Part shown: piece after piece, positions 1 to 15,000 of the stretch
Numbering within the stretch: the stretch's first letter is position 1
Layout of the letters: every line of letters starts with the position of its first letter
The notes under the pieces: generated by a model
What the model saw: only the letters and a program-made list of their open reading frames with translations
The model's database searches: none
What the model was told of the DNA's origin: nothing
DNA from: Mayamaea pseudoterrestris
Lineage: Eukaryota
Assembly: GCA_027923505.1 (NCBI GenBank)
Contig: BROI01000009.1
Span: 124,001 to 188,000 of the forward strand
Length of the DNA: 64,000 bases
Direction of reading: 5' to 3'
Translations under genes and position numbers: made by a program

Positions 1-3000
1 CCCAAATACCCAATGAGTCAGGCAAAACATGTCCAGGGTATGCCATTGACAGGTGCAGAGTCTCAAATGGTGCAAAAAGGACTGCCTGGAGGCTGACAAC
101 ATGGGTACGGCCTCCACTGTGGGTATGGCCAACACCACAAGTTGCAGATTCCTTCCTGTCAAACGCCCCATGCCCTGGCCACCCAAATACCCAATGAGTC
201 AGGCAAAACATGTCCAGGGTATGCCATTGACAGGTGCATAGTCTCAAATGGTGCAAAAAGGACTGCCTGGAGGCTGACAACATGGGTACGGCCTCCACTG
301 TGGGTATGGCCAACACCACAAGTTGCAGATTCTTCCCTGTCAAACGCCCCTGCCCTGGCCACCCAAATACCCAATGAGTCAGGCAAAACATGTCCAGGGT
401 AGGCCATTGACAGGTGCAGAGTCTCAAATGGTGCAAAAGGACTGCCTGAGGCTGACACCATGGGTAGGGCCCCCCCGTTGGGTTGGCCAACACCACAAGT
501 TGCAGATTCTTCCCTGTCAAACGCCCCATGCCCTGGCCACCCAAATACCCAATGAGTCAGGCAAAACATGTCCAGGGTATGCCATTGACAGGTGCACACC
601 ATGGGTACGGCCTCCACTGTGGGTATGGCCAACACCACAAGTTGCAGATTCTTCCCTGTCAAACGCCCCATGCCCTGGCCACCCAAATACCCAATGAGTC
701 AGGCAAAACATGTCCAGGGTATGCCATTGACAGGTGCAGAGTCTCAAATGGTGCAAAAAGGACTGCCTGGAGGTGGAGGCTGACACCATGGGTACGGCCT
801 CCACTGTGGGTATGGCCAACACCACAAGTTGCAGATTCTTCCCTGTCAAACGCCCCATGCCTGGCCACCCAAATACCCAATGAGTCAGGCAAAACATGTC
901 CAGGGTATGCCATTGACAGGTGCATAGTCTCAAATGGTGCAAAAAGGACTGCCTGGAGGCTGACATCATGGGTACGGCCTCCACTGTGTGTAGGGCCAAC
1001 ACCACAACTGGCATACTTCCCTGTCAAACGCCCCATGCCCTGGCCACCCAAATACCCAATGAGTCAGGCAAAACATGTCCAGGGTATGCCATTGACAGGT
1101 GCAGAGTCTCAAATGGTGCAAAAAGGACTGCCTGGAGGCTGACACCATGGGTACGGCCTCCACTGTGGGTATGCCAACACCACAAGTTGCAGATTCATCC
1201 CCGTCAAACGCCCCATGCCCTGGCCACCCAAATACCCAATGAGTCAGGCAAAACATGTCCAGGGTATGCCATTGACAGGTGCAGAGTCTCAAATGGTGCA
1301 AAAAGGACTGCCTGGAGGCTGACACCATGGGTATGGTCTACTGTGGGTATGGCCAACACCACAAGTTGCAGATTCTTCCCTGTCAAACGCCCCATGCCCT
1401 GGCCACCCAAATACCCAATGAGTCAGGAAAAACATGTCCAGGGTAGGCCATTGACAGGTGCAGAGTCTCAAATGGTGCAAAAAGGACTGCCTGGAGGCTG
1501 ACAACATGGGTACGGCCTCCACTGTGGGTATGGCCAACACACAAGTTGCAGATTCTTCCCTGTCAAACGCCCCATGCCCTGGCCACCCAAATACCCAATG
1601 AGTCAGGCAAAACATGTCCAGGGGAGGCCATTGACAGGTGCAGAGTCTCAAATGGTGCAAAAAGGACTGCCTGAGGCTGAAAACATGGGTACGGCCTCCA
1701 CTGTGGGTTGGCCAACACCACAAGGTTGCAATCTCCTGTCAAACGCCCCATGCCCTGGCCACCCAAATACCCAATGAGTCAGGCAAAACATGTCCAGGGG
1801 ATGCCATTGACAGGTGCAGAGTCTCAAATGGTGCAAAAAGGACTGCTGAAAGGCTGACACCATGGGTATGGCCTCCACTGTGGGTATGGCCAACACCACA
1901 AGTTGCAGATTCTTCCCTGTCAAACGCCCCATGCCCTGGCCACCCAAATACCCAATGAGTCAGGCAAAACATGTCCAGGGTAGGCCATTGACAGGTGCAT
2001 AGTCTCAAATGGTGCAAAAAGGACTGCCTGGAGGCTGACAACATGGGTACGGCCTCCACTGTGGGTATGGCCAACACCACAAGTTGCAGATTCTTCCCTG
2101 TCAAACGCCCCATGCCCTGGCCACCCAAATACCCAATGAGTCAGGCAAAACATGTCCAGGGGATGCCATTGGTGGTGCATAGTCTCAAATGGTGCAAAAA
2201 GGACTGCCTGGAGGCTGACAACATGGGTACGGCCTCCACTGTGGGTATGGCCAACACCACAAGTTGCAGATTCTTCCCCGTCAAACGCCCCATGCCCTGG
2301 CCACCCAAATACCCAATGAGTCAGGCAAAACATGTCCAGGGGATGCCATTGACAGGTGCAGAGTCTCAAATGGTGCAAAAAGGACTGCTTTGAGGCTGAC
2401 AACATGGGTACGGCCTCCACTGTGGGTATGGCCAACACCACAAGTTGCAGATTCTTCCCTGTCAAACGCCCCATGCCCTGGCCACCCAAATACCCAATGA
2501 GTCAGGCAAAACATGTCCAGGGGATGCCATTGACAGGTGCAGAGTCTCAAATGGTGCAAAAAGGACTGCCTGGAGGCTGACAACATGGGTACGGCCTCCA
2601 CTGTGGGTATGGCCAACACCACAAGTTGCAGATTCTTCCCTGTCAAACGCCCCATGCCCTGGCCACCCAAATACCCAATGAGTCAGGCAAAACATGTCCA
2701 GGGTAGGCCATTGACAGGTGCAGAGTCTCAAATGGTGCAAAAAGGACTGCCTGGAGGCTGACAACATGGGTACGGCCTCCACTGTGGGTATGGCCAACAC
2801 CACAAGTTGCAGATTCTTCCCTGTCAAACGCCCCATGCCCTGGCCACCCAAATACCCAATGAGTCAGGCAAAACATGTCCAGGGGATGCCATTGACAGGT
2901 GCAGAGTCTCAAATGGTGCAAAAAGGACTGCCTGGAGGCTGACAACATGGGTACGGCCTCCACTGTGGGTATGGCCAACACCACAAGTTGCAGATTCTTC

Positions 3001-6000
3001 CCAGTCAAACGCCCCATGCCCTGGCCACCCAAATACCCAATGAGTCAGGCAAAAATGTCCAGGGTATGCCATTGACAGGTGCAGAGTCTCAAATGGTGCA
3101 AAAAGGACTGCCTGGAGGCTGACAACATGGGTACGGCCTCCACTGTGGGTATGGCCAACACCACAAGTTGCAGATTCTTCCCTGTCAAACGCCCCATGCC
3201 CTGGCCACCCAAATACCCAATGAGTCAGGCAAAACATGTCCGGGGTATGCCATTGACAGGTGCAGAGTCTCAAATGGTGCAAAAAGGACTGCCTGAGGCT
3301 GACAACATGGGTACGGCCTCCACTGTGGGTATGGCCAACACCACAAGTTGCAGATTCTTCCCTGTCAAACGCCCCATGCCCTGGCCACCCAAATACCCAA
3401 TGAGTCAGGCAAAACATGTCCAGGGGATGCCATTGACAGGTGCAGAGTCTCAAATGGTGCAAAAAGGACTGCCTGGAGGCTGACAACATGGGTATGGCCT
3501 CTCTGTGGGCATGGCCAACACCACAAGTTGCAGATTCTTCCCTGTCAAACGCCCCATGCCCTGGCCACCCAAATACCCAATGAGTCAGGCAAAACATGTC
3601 CAGGGGATGCCATTGACAGGTGCAGAGTCTCAAATGGTGCAAAAAGGACTGCCTGGAGGCTGACAACATGGGTACGGCCTCCACTGTGGGTATGGCCAAC
3701 ACCACAAGTTGCAGATTCTTCCCTGTCAAACGCCCCATGCCCTGGCCACCCAAATACCCAATGAGTCAGGCAAAACATGTCCAGGGGATGCCATTGACAG
3801 GTGCAGAGTCTCAAATGGTGCAAACTGAAAACATGGGTACGGCCTCCACTGTGGGTATGGCCAACACCACAAGTTGCAGATTCTTCCCTGTCAAACGCCC
3901 CATGCCCTGGCCACCCAAATACCCAATGAGTCAGGCAAAACATGTCCAGGGGATGCCATTGACAGGTGCAGAGTCTCAAATGGTGCAAAAAGGACTGCCT
4001 GAGGCTGACAACATGGGTACGGCCTCCACTGTGGGTATGGCCAACACCACAAGTTGCAGATTCTTCCCTGTCAAACGCCCCATGCCCTGGCCACCCAAAT
4101 ACCCAATGAGTCAGGCAAAACATGTCCAGGGAATGCCGGGGACCCAGAGGTGGCTCATGGTGCAAAAGGACTGCCGAGGCTGACACCATGGGTACGGCCT
4201 CCACTGTGGGTATGGCCAACACCACAAGTTGCAGATTCTTCCCTGTCAAACGCCCCATGCCCTGGCCACCCAAATACCCAATGAGTCAGGCAAAACATGT
4301 CCAGGGGATGCCATTGACAGGTGCATAGTCTCAAATGGTGCAAAAAGGACTGCCTGAGGCTGACAACATGGGTACGGCCTCCACTGTGGGTATGGCCAAC
4401 ACCACAAGTTGCAGATTCTTCCCTGTCAAACGCCCCATGCCCTGGCCACCCAAATACCCAATGAGTCAGGCAAAACATGTCCAGGGTATGCCATTGACAG
4501 GTGCAGAGTCTCAAATGGTGCAAAAAGGACTGCCTGGAGGCTGACAACATGGGTACGGCCTCCACTGTGGGTATGGCCAACACCACAAGTTGGGATTCTT
4601 CCCTGTCAAACGCCCCATGCCCTGGCCACCCAAATACCCAATGAGTCAGGCAAAACATGTCCAGGGGATGCCATTGACAGGTGCAGAGTCTCAAATGGTG
4701 CAAAAAAGGACTGCCTGGAGGCTGACACCATGGGTACGGCCTCCACTGTGGGTATGGCCAACACCACAAGTTGCAGATTCTTCCCTGTCAAACGCCCCAT
4801 GCCCTGGCCACCCAAATACCCAATGAGTCAGGCAAAACATGTCCAGGGGATGCCATTGACAGGTGCAGAGTCTCAAATGGTGCAAAAAGGACTGCCTGGA
4901 GGCTGACAACATGGGTACGGCCTCCACTGTGGGTATGGCCAACACCACAAGTTGCAGATTCTTCCCTGTCAAACGCCCCATGCCCTGGCCACCCAAATAC
5001 CCAATGAGTCAGGCAAAACATGTCCAGGGTATGCCATTGACAGGTGCAGAGTCTCAAATGGTGCAAAAAGGACTGCCTGGAGGCTGACAACATGGGTACG
5101 GCCTCCACTGTGGGTATGGCCAACACCACAAGTTGCAGATTCTTCCCTGTCAAACGCCCCATGCCCTGGCCACCCAAATACCCAATGAGTCAGGCAAAAC
5201 ATGTCCAGGGGATGCCATTGACAGGTGCAGAGTCTCAAATGGTGCAAAAAGGACTGCCTGAAGCTGACAACATGGGTACGGCCTCCACTGTGGGTATGGC
5301 CAACACCACAAGTTGCAGATTCTTCCCTGTCAAACGCCCCATGCCCTGGCCACCCAAATACCCAATGAGTCAGGCAAAACATGTCCAGGGGATGCCATTG
5401 ACAGGTGCAGAGTCTCAAATGGTGCAAAAAGGACTGCCTGACGGCTGACAACATGGGTACGGCCTCCACTGTGGGTATGGCCAACACCACAAGTTGCAGA
5501 TTCTTCCCTGTCAAACGCCCCATGCCCTGGCCACCCAAATACCCAATGAGTCAGGCAAAACATGTCCAGGGTATGCCATTGACAGGTGCAGAGTCTCAAA
5601 TGGTGCAAAAAGGACTGCCTGGAGGCTGACAACATGGGTACGGCCTCCACTGTGGGTATGGCCAACACCACAAGTTGCAGATTCTTCCCTGTCAAACGCC
5701 CCATGCCCTGGCCACCCAAATACCCAATGAGTCAGGCAAAACATGTCCAGGGGATGCCATTGACAGGTGCAGAGTCTCAAATGGTGCAAAAGGACTGCCT
5801 GGAGGCTGACACCATGGGTACGGCCTCCACTGTGGGTATGGCCAACACCACAAGTTGCAGATTCTTCCCTGTCAAACGCCCCATGCCCTGGCCACCCAAA
5901 TACCCAATGAGTCAGGCAAAACATGTCCAGGGTATGCCATTGACAGGTGCAGAGTCTCAAATGGTGCAAAAGGACTGCCTGGAGGCTGACAACATGGGTA

Positions 6001-9000
6001 CGGCCTCCACTGTGGGTATGGCCAACACCACAAGTTGCAGATTCTTCCCTGTCAAACGCCCCATGCCCTGGCCACCCAAATACCCAATGAGTCAGGCAAA
6101 ACATGTCCAGGGGGTGCCATTGACAGGTGCAGAGTCTCAAATGGTGCAAAAAGGACTGCCTGGAGGCTGACAACATGGGTACGGCCTCCACTGTGGGTAT
6201 GGCCAACACCACAAGTTGCAGATTCTTCCCTGTCAAACGCCCCATGCCCTGGCCACCCAAATACCCAATGAGTCAGGCAAAACATGTCCAGGGGATGCCA
6301 TTGACAGGTGCAGAGTCTCAAATGGTGCAAAAGGACTGCCTGGAGGCTGAAAACATGGGTACGGCCTCCACTGTGGGTATGGCCAACACCACAAGTTGCA
6401 GATTCTTCCCTGTCAAACGCCCCATGCCCTGGCCACCCAAATACCCAATGAGTCAGGCAAAACATGTCCAGGGGATGCCATTGACAGGTGCAGAGTCTCA
6501 AATGGTGCAAAAGGACTGCCTGGAGGCTGACACCATGGGTACGGCCTCCACTGTGGGTATGGCCAACACCACAAGTTGCAGATTCTTCCCTGTCAAACGC
6601 CCCATGCCCTGGCCACCCAAATACCCAATGAGTCAGGCAAAACATGTCCAGGGTATGCCATTGACAGGTGCAGAGTCTCAAATGGTGCAAAAGGACTGCC
6701 TGAGGCTGACAACATGGGTACGGCCTCCACTGTGGGTATGGCCAACACCACAAGTTGCAGATTCTTCCCTGTCAAACGCCCCATGCCCTGGCCACCCAAA
6801 TACCCAATGAGTCAGGCAAAACATGTCCAGGGTATGCCATTGACAGGTGCAGATACTCAAATGGTGCAAAAAAGACTGCCTGGAGGCTGACAACATGGGT
6901 ACGGCCTCCACTGTGGGTATGGCCAACACCACAAGTTGCAGATTCTTCCCTGTCAAACGCCCCATGCCCTGGCCACCCAAATACCCAATGAGTCAGGCAA
7001 AACATGTCCAGGGGGTGCCATTGACAGGTGCATAGTCTCAAATGGTGCAAAAGGACTGCCTGGAGGCTGACAACATGGGTACGGCCTCCACTGTGGGTAT
7101 GGCCAACACCACAAGTTGCAGATTCTTCCCTGTCAAACGCCCCATGCCCTGGCCACCCAAATACCCAATGAGTCAGGCAAAACATGTCCAGGGTAGGCCA
7201 TTGACAGGTGCAGAGTCTCAAATGGTGCAAAAAGGACTGCCTGAGGCTGACAACATGGGTACGGCCTCCACTGTGGGTATGGCCAACACCACAAGTTGCA
7301 GATTCTTCCCTGTCAAACGCCCCATGCCCTGGCCACCCAAATACCCAATGAGTCAGGCAAAACATGTCCAGGGGATGCCATTGACAGGTGCAGAGTCTCA
7401 AATGGTGCAAAAAGGACTGCCTGGAGGCTGACAACATGGGTACGGCCTCCACTGTGGGTATGGCCAACACCACAAGTTGCAGATTCTTCCCTGTCAAACG
7501 CCCCATGCCCTGGCCACCCAAATACCCAATGAGTCAGGCAAAACATGTCCAGGGTATGCCATTGACAGGTGCAGAGTCTCAAATGGTGCAAAAAGGACTG
7601 CCTGGAGGCTGACAACATGGGTACGGCCTCCACTGTGGGTATGGCCAACACCACAAGTTGCAGATTCTTCCCTGTCAAACGCCCCATGCCCTGGCCACCC
7701 AAATACCCAATGAGTCAGGCAAAACATGTCCAGGGGATGCCATTGACAGGTGCAGAGTCTCAAATGGTGCAAAAAGGACTGCCTGAGGCTGACAACATGG
7801 GTACGGCCTCCACTGTGGGTATGGCCAACACCACAAGTTGCAGATTCTTCCCTGTCAAACGCCCCATGCCCTGGCCACCCAAATACCCAATGAGTCAGGC
7901 AAAACATGTCCAGGGGATGCCATTGACAGGTGCAGAGTCTCAAATGGTGCAAAAAGGACTAGCGGGTCGCTGACAACATGGGTACGGCCTCCACTGTGGG
8001 TATGGCCAACACCACAAGTTGCAGATTCTTCCCTGTCAAACGCCCCATGCCCTGGCCACCCAAATACCCAATGAGTCAGGCAAAACATGTCCAGGGGATG
8101 CCATTGACAGGTGCAGAGTCTCAAATGGTGCAAAAAGGACTGCCTGAGGCTGACAACATGGGTACGGCCTCCACTGTGGGTATGGCCAACACCACAAGTT
8201 GCAGATTCTTCCCTGTCAAACGCCCCATGCCCTGGCCACCCAAATACCCAATGAGTCAGGCAAAACATGTCCAGGGTATGCCATTGACAGGTGCATAGTC
8301 TCAAATGGTGCAAAAAGGCTGACAACATGGGTACGGCCTCCACTGTGGGTATGGCCAACACCACAAGTTGCAGATTCTTCCCTGTCAAACGCCCCATGCC
8401 CTGGCCACCCAAATACCCAATGAGTCAGGCAAAACATGTCCAGGGGATGCCATTGACAGGTGCAGAGTCTCAAATGGTGCAAAAAGGACTGCCTGAGGCT
8501 GACAACATGGGTACGGCCTCCACTGTGGGTATGGCCAACACCACAAGTTGCAGATTCTTCCCTGTCAAACGCCCCATGCCCTGGCCACCCAAATACCCAA
8601 TGAGTCAGGCAAAACATGTCCAGGGGATGCCATTGACAGGTGCAGAGTCTCAAATGGTGCAAAAAGGACTGCCTTGAGGCTGACAACATGGGTACGGCCT
8701 CCACTGTGGGTATGGCCAACACCACAAGTTGCAGATTCTTCCCTGTCAAACGCCCCATGCCCTGGCCACCCAAATACCCAATGAGTCAGGCAAAACATGT
8801 CCAGGGGATGCCATTGACAGGTGCAGAGTCTCAAATGGTGCAAAAAGGACTGCCTGGAGGCTGACACCATGGGTACGGCCTCCACTGTGGGTATGGCCAA
8901 CACCACAAGTTGCAGATTCTTCCCTGTCAAACGCCCCATGCCCTGGCCACCCAAATACCCAATGAGTCAGGCAAAACATGTCCAGGGTATGCCATTGACA

Positions 9001-12000
9001 GGTGCAGAGTCTCAAATGGTGCAAAAAGGACTGCCTGGAGGCTGACAACATGGGTACGGCCTCCACTGTGGGTATGGCCAACACCACAAGTTGCAGATTC
9101 TTCCCTGTCAAACGCCCCATGCCCTGGCCACCCAAATACCCAATGAGTCAGGCAAAACATGTCCAGGGGATGCCATTGACAGGTGCAGAGTCTCAAATGG
9201 TGCAAAAAGGACTGCCTGGAGGCTGACAACATGGGTACGGCCTCCACTGTGGGTATGGCCAACACCACAAGTTGCAGATTCTTCCCTGTCAAACGCCCCA
9301 TGCCCTGGCCACCCAAATACCCAATGAGTCAGGCAAAACATGTCCAGGGTATGCCATTGACAGGTGCAGAGTCTCAAATGGTGCAAAAAGGACTGCCTGG
9401 AGGCTGACAACATGGGTACGGCCTCCACTGTGGGTATGGCCAACACCACAAGTTGCAGATTCTTCCCTGTCAAACGCCCCATGCCCTGGCCACCCAAATA
9501 CCCAATGAGTCAGGCAAAACATGTCCAGGGTATGCCATTGACAGGTGCAGAGTCTCAAATGGTGCAAAAAGGACTGCCTGGAGGCTGACAACATGGGTAC
9601 GGCCTCCACTGTGGGTATGGCCAACACCACAAGTTGCAGATTCTTCCCTGTCAAACGCCCCATGCCCTGGCCACCCAAATACCCAATGAGTCAGGCAAAA
9701 CATGTCCAGGGGATGCCATTGACAGGTGCAGAGTCTCAAATGGTGCAAAAGGACTGCCTGGAGGCTGACAACATGGGTACGGCCTCCACTGTGGGTATGG
9801 CCAACACCACAAGTTGCAGATTCTTCCCTGTCAAACGCCCCATGCCCTGGCCACCCAAATACCCAATGAGTCAGGCAAAACATGTCCAGGGTATGCCATT
9901 GACAGGTGCAGAGTCTCAAATGGTGCAAAAAGGACTGCCTGGAGGCTGACAACATGGGTACGGCCTCCACTGTGGGTATGGCCAACACCACAAGTTGCAG
10001 ATTCTTCCCTGTCAAACGCCCCATGCCCTGGCCACCCAAATACCCAATGAGTCAGGCAAAACATGTCCAGGGTATGCCATTGACAGGTGCAGAGTCTCAA
10101 ATGGTGCAAAAAGGACTGCCTGGAGGCTGACAACATGGGTACGGCCTCCACTGTGGGTATGGCCAACACCACAAGTTGCAGATTCTTCCCTGTCAAACGC
10201 CCCATGCCCTGGCCACCCAAATACCCAATGAGTCAGGCAAAACATGTCCAGGGGATGCCATTGACAGGTGCAGAGTCTCAAATGGTGCAAAAAGGACTGC
10301 CTGGAGGCTGACAACATGGGTACGGCCTCCACTGTGGGTATGGCCAACACCACAAGTTGCAGATTCTTCCCTGTCAAACGCCCCATGCCCTGGCCACCCA
10401 AATACCCAATGAGTCAGGCAAAACATGTCCAGGGTATGCCATTGACAGGTGCAGAGTCTCAAATGGTGCAAAAGGACTGCCTGGAGGCTGACAACATGGG
10501 TACGGCCTCCACTGTGGGTATGGCCAACACCACAAGTTGCAGATTCTTCCCTGTCAAACGCCCCATGCCCTGGCCACCCAAATACCCAATGAGTCAGGCA
10601 AAACATGTCCAGGGTATGCCATTGACAGGTGCAGAGTCTCAAATGGTGCAAAAAGGACTGCCTGGAGGCTGACAACATGGGTACGGCCTCCACTGTGGGT
10701 ATGGCCAACACCACAAGTTGCAGATTCTTCCCTGTCAAACGCCCCATGCCCTGGCCACCCAAATACCCAATGAGTCAGGCAAAACATGTCCAGGGTATGC
10801 CATTGACAGGTGCAGAGTCTCAAATGGTGCAAAAAGGACTGCCTGGAGGCTGACAACATGGGTACGGCCTCCACTGTGGGTATGGCCAACACCACAAGTT
10901 GCAGATTCTTCCCTGTCAAACGCCCCATGCCCTGGCCACCCAAATACCCAATGAGTCAGGCAAAACATGTCCAGGGTATGCCATTGACAGGTGCAGAGTC
11001 TCAAATGGTGCAAAAAGGACTGCCTGGAGGCTGACAACATGGGTACGGCCTCCACTGTGGGTATGGCCAACACCACAAGTTGCAGATTCTTCCCTGTCAA
11101 ACGCCCCATGCCCTGGCCACCCAAATACCCAATGAGTCAGGCAAAACATGTCCAGGGGATGCCATTGACAGGTGCAGAGTCTCAAATGGTGCAAAAAGGA
11201 CTGCCTGGAGGCTGACAACATGGGTACGGCCTCCACTGTGGGTATGGCCAACACCACAAGTTGCAGATTCTTCCCTGTCAAACGCCCCATGCCCTGGCCA
11301 CCCAAATACCCAATGAGTCAGGCAAAACATGTCCAGGGTATGCCATTGACAGGTGCAGAGTCTCAAATGGTGCAAAAAGGACTGCCTGAAGGCTGACAAC
11401 ATGGGTACGGCCTCCACTGTGGGTATGGCCAACACCACAAGTTGCAGATTCTTCCCTGTCAAACGCCCCATGCCCTGGCCACCCAAATACCCAATGAGTC
11501 AGGCAAAACATGTCCAGGGGATGCCATTGACAGGTGCAGAGTCTCAAATGGTGCAAAAAGGACTGCCTGGAGGCTGACAACATGGGTACGGCCTCCACTG
11601 TGGGTATGGCCAACACCACAAGTTGCAGATTCTTCCCTGTCAAACGCCCCATGCCCTGGCCACCCAAATACCCAATGAGTCAGGCAAAACATGTCCAGGG
11701 TATGCCATTGACAGGTGCAGAGTCTCAAATGGTGCAAACCATGGGTACGGCCTCCACTGTGGGTATGGCCAACACCACAAGTTGCAGATTCTTCCCTGTC
11801 AAACGCCCCATGCCCTGGCCACCCAAATACCCAATGAGTCAGGCAAAACATGTCCAGGGGATGCCATTGACAGGTGCAGAGTCTCAAATGGTGCAAAAAG
11901 GACTGCCTGAAGGCTGACAACATGGGTACGGCCTCCACTGTGGGTATGGCCAACACCACAAGTTGCAGATTCTTCCCTGTCAAACGCCCCATGCCCTGGC

Positions 12001-15000
12001 CACCCAAATACCCAATGAGTCAGGCAAAACATGTCCAGGGGATGCCATTGACAGGTGCAGAGTCTCAAATGGTGCAAAAAGGACTGCCTGGAGGCTGAAA
12101 ACATGGGTACGGGCTCCACTGTGGGTATGGCCAACACCACAAGTTGCAGATTCTTCCCTGTCAAACGCCCCATGCCCTGGCCACCCAAATACCCAATGAG
12201 TCAGGCAAAACATGTCCAGGGTATGCCATTGACAGGTGCATAGTCTCAAATGGTGCAAAAAGGACTGCCTGAGGCTGACAACATGGGTACGGCCTCCACT
12301 GTGGGTATGGCCAACACCACAAGTTGCAGATTCTTCCCTGTCAAACGCCCCATGCCCTGGCCACCCAAATACCCAATGAGTCAGGCAAAACATGTCCAGG
12401 GTATGCCATTGACAGGTGCAGAGTCTCAAATGGTGCAAAAAGGACTGCCTGGAGGCTGACAACATGGGTACGGCCTCCACTGTGGGTATGGCCAACACCA
12501 CAAGTTGCAGATTCTTCCCTGTCAAACGCCCCATGCCCTGGCCACCCAAATACCCAATGAGTCAGGCAAAACATGTCCAGGGGATGCCATTGACAGGTGC
12601 AGAGTCTCAAATGGTGCAAAAAGGACTGCCTGGAGGCTGACAACATGGGTACGGCCTCCACTGTGGGTATGGCCAACACCACAAGTTGCAGATTCTTCCC
12701 TGTCAAACGCCCCATGCCCTGGCCACCCAAATACCCAATGAGTCAGGCAAAACATGTCCAGGGTATGCCATTGACAGGTGCATAGTCTCAAATGGTGCAA
12801 AAAGGACTGCCTGGAGGCTGACACCATGGGTACGGCCTCCACTGTGGGTATGGCCAACACCACAAGTTGCAGATTCTTCCCTGTCAAACGCCCCATGCCC
12901 TGGCCACCCAAATACCCAATGAGTCAGGCAAAACATGTCCAGGGTAGGCCATTGACAGGTGCATAGTCTCAAATGGTGCAAAAGGACTGCCTGGAGGCTG
13001 ACAACATGGGTACGGCCTCCACTGTGGGTATGGCCAACACCACAAGTTGCAGATTCTTCTCCTGTCAAACGCCCCATGCCCTGGCCACCCAAATACCCAA
13101 TGAGTCAGGCAAAACATGTCCAGGGGATGCCATTGACAGGTGCAGAGTCTCAAATGGTGCAAAAGGACTGCCTGGAGGCTGACAACATGGGTACGGCCTC
13201 CACTGTGGGTATGGCCAACACCACAAGTTGCAGATTCTTCCCTGTCAAACGCCCCATGCCCTGGCCACCCAAATACCCAATGAGTCAGGCAAAACATGTC
13301 CAGGGGATGCCATTGACAGGTGCAGAGTCTCAAATGGTGCAAAAAGGACTGCCTGGAGGCTGACAACATGGGTACGGCCTCCACTGTGGGTATGGCCAAC
13401 ACCACAAGTTGCAGATTCTTCCCTGTCAAACGCCCCATGCCCTGGCCACCCAAATACCCAATGAGTCAGGCAAAACATGTCCAGGGTATGCCATTGACAG
13501 GTGCATAGTCTCAAATGGTGCAAAAAGGACTGCCTGGAGGCTGACAACATGGGTACGGCCTCCACTGTGGGTATGGCCAACACCACAAGTTGCAGATTCT
13601 TCCCTGTCAAACGCCCCATGCCCTGGCCACCCAAATACCCAATGAGTCAGGCAAAACATGTCCAGGGTATGCCATTGACAGGTGCAGAGTCTCAAATGGT
13701 GCAAAAAGGACTGCCTGGAGGCTGACAACATGGGTACGGCCTCCACTGTGGGTATGGCCAACACCACAAGTTGCAGATTCTTCCCTGTCAAACGCCCCAT
13801 GCCCTGGCCACCCAAATACCCAATGAGTCAGGCAAAACATGTCCAGGGGATGCCATTGACAGGTGCAGAGTCTCAAATGGTGCAAAAAGGACTGCCTGGA
13901 GGCTGAAAACATGGGTACGGCCTCCACTGTGGGTATGGCCAACACCACAAGTTGCAGATTCTTCCCTGTCAAACGCCCCATGCCCTGGCCACCCAAATAC
14001 CCAATGAGTCAGGCAAAACATGTCCAGGGTATGCCATTGACAGGTGCAGAGTCTCAAATGGTGCAAAAAGGACTGCCTGGAGGCTGACAACATGGGTACG
14101 GCCTCCACTGTGGGTATGGCCAACACCACAAGTTGCAGATTCTTCCCTGTCAAACGCCCCATGCCCTGGCCACCCAAATACCCAATGAGTCAGGCAAAAC
14201 ATGTCCAGGGTATGCCATTGACAGGTGCAGAGTCTCAAATGGTGCAAAAAGGACTGCCTGGAGGCTGACAACATGGGTACGGCCTCCACTGTGGGTATGG
14301 CCAACACCACAAGTTGCAGATTCTTCCCTGTCAAACGCCCCATGCCCTGGCCACCCAAATACCCAATGAGTCAGGCAAAACATGTCCAGGGGATGCCATT
14401 GACAGGTGCAGAGTCTCAAATGGTGCAAAAAGGACTGCCTGGAGGCTGACAACATGGGTACGGCCTCCACTGTGGGTATGGCCAACACCACAAGTTGCAG
14501 ATTCTTCCCTGTCAAACGCCCCATGCCCTGGCCACCCAAATACCCAATGAGTCAGGCAAAACATGTCCAGGGTATGCCATTGACAGGTGCATAGTCTCAA
14601 ATGGTGCAAAAAGGACTGCCTGAGGCTGACAACATGGGTACGGCCTCCACTGTGGGTATGGCCAACACCACAAGTTGCAGATTCTTCCCTGTCAAACGCC
14701 CCATGCCCTGGCCACCCAAATACCCAATGAGTCAGGCAAAACATGTCCAGGGGATGCCATTGACAGGTGCAGAGTCTCAAATGGTGCAAAAAGGACTGCC
14801 TGGAGGCTGACAACATGGGTACGGCCTCCCATGTGGGTATGGCCAACACCACAAGTTGCAGATTCTTCCCTGTCAAACGCCCCATGCCCTGGCCACCCAA
14901 ATACCCAATGAGTCAGGCAAAACATGTCCCGAGTTATGCCCTTGACAGGTGCAGAGTCTCAAATGGTGCAAAAAAGACTGCCTGGAGGCTGACAACATGG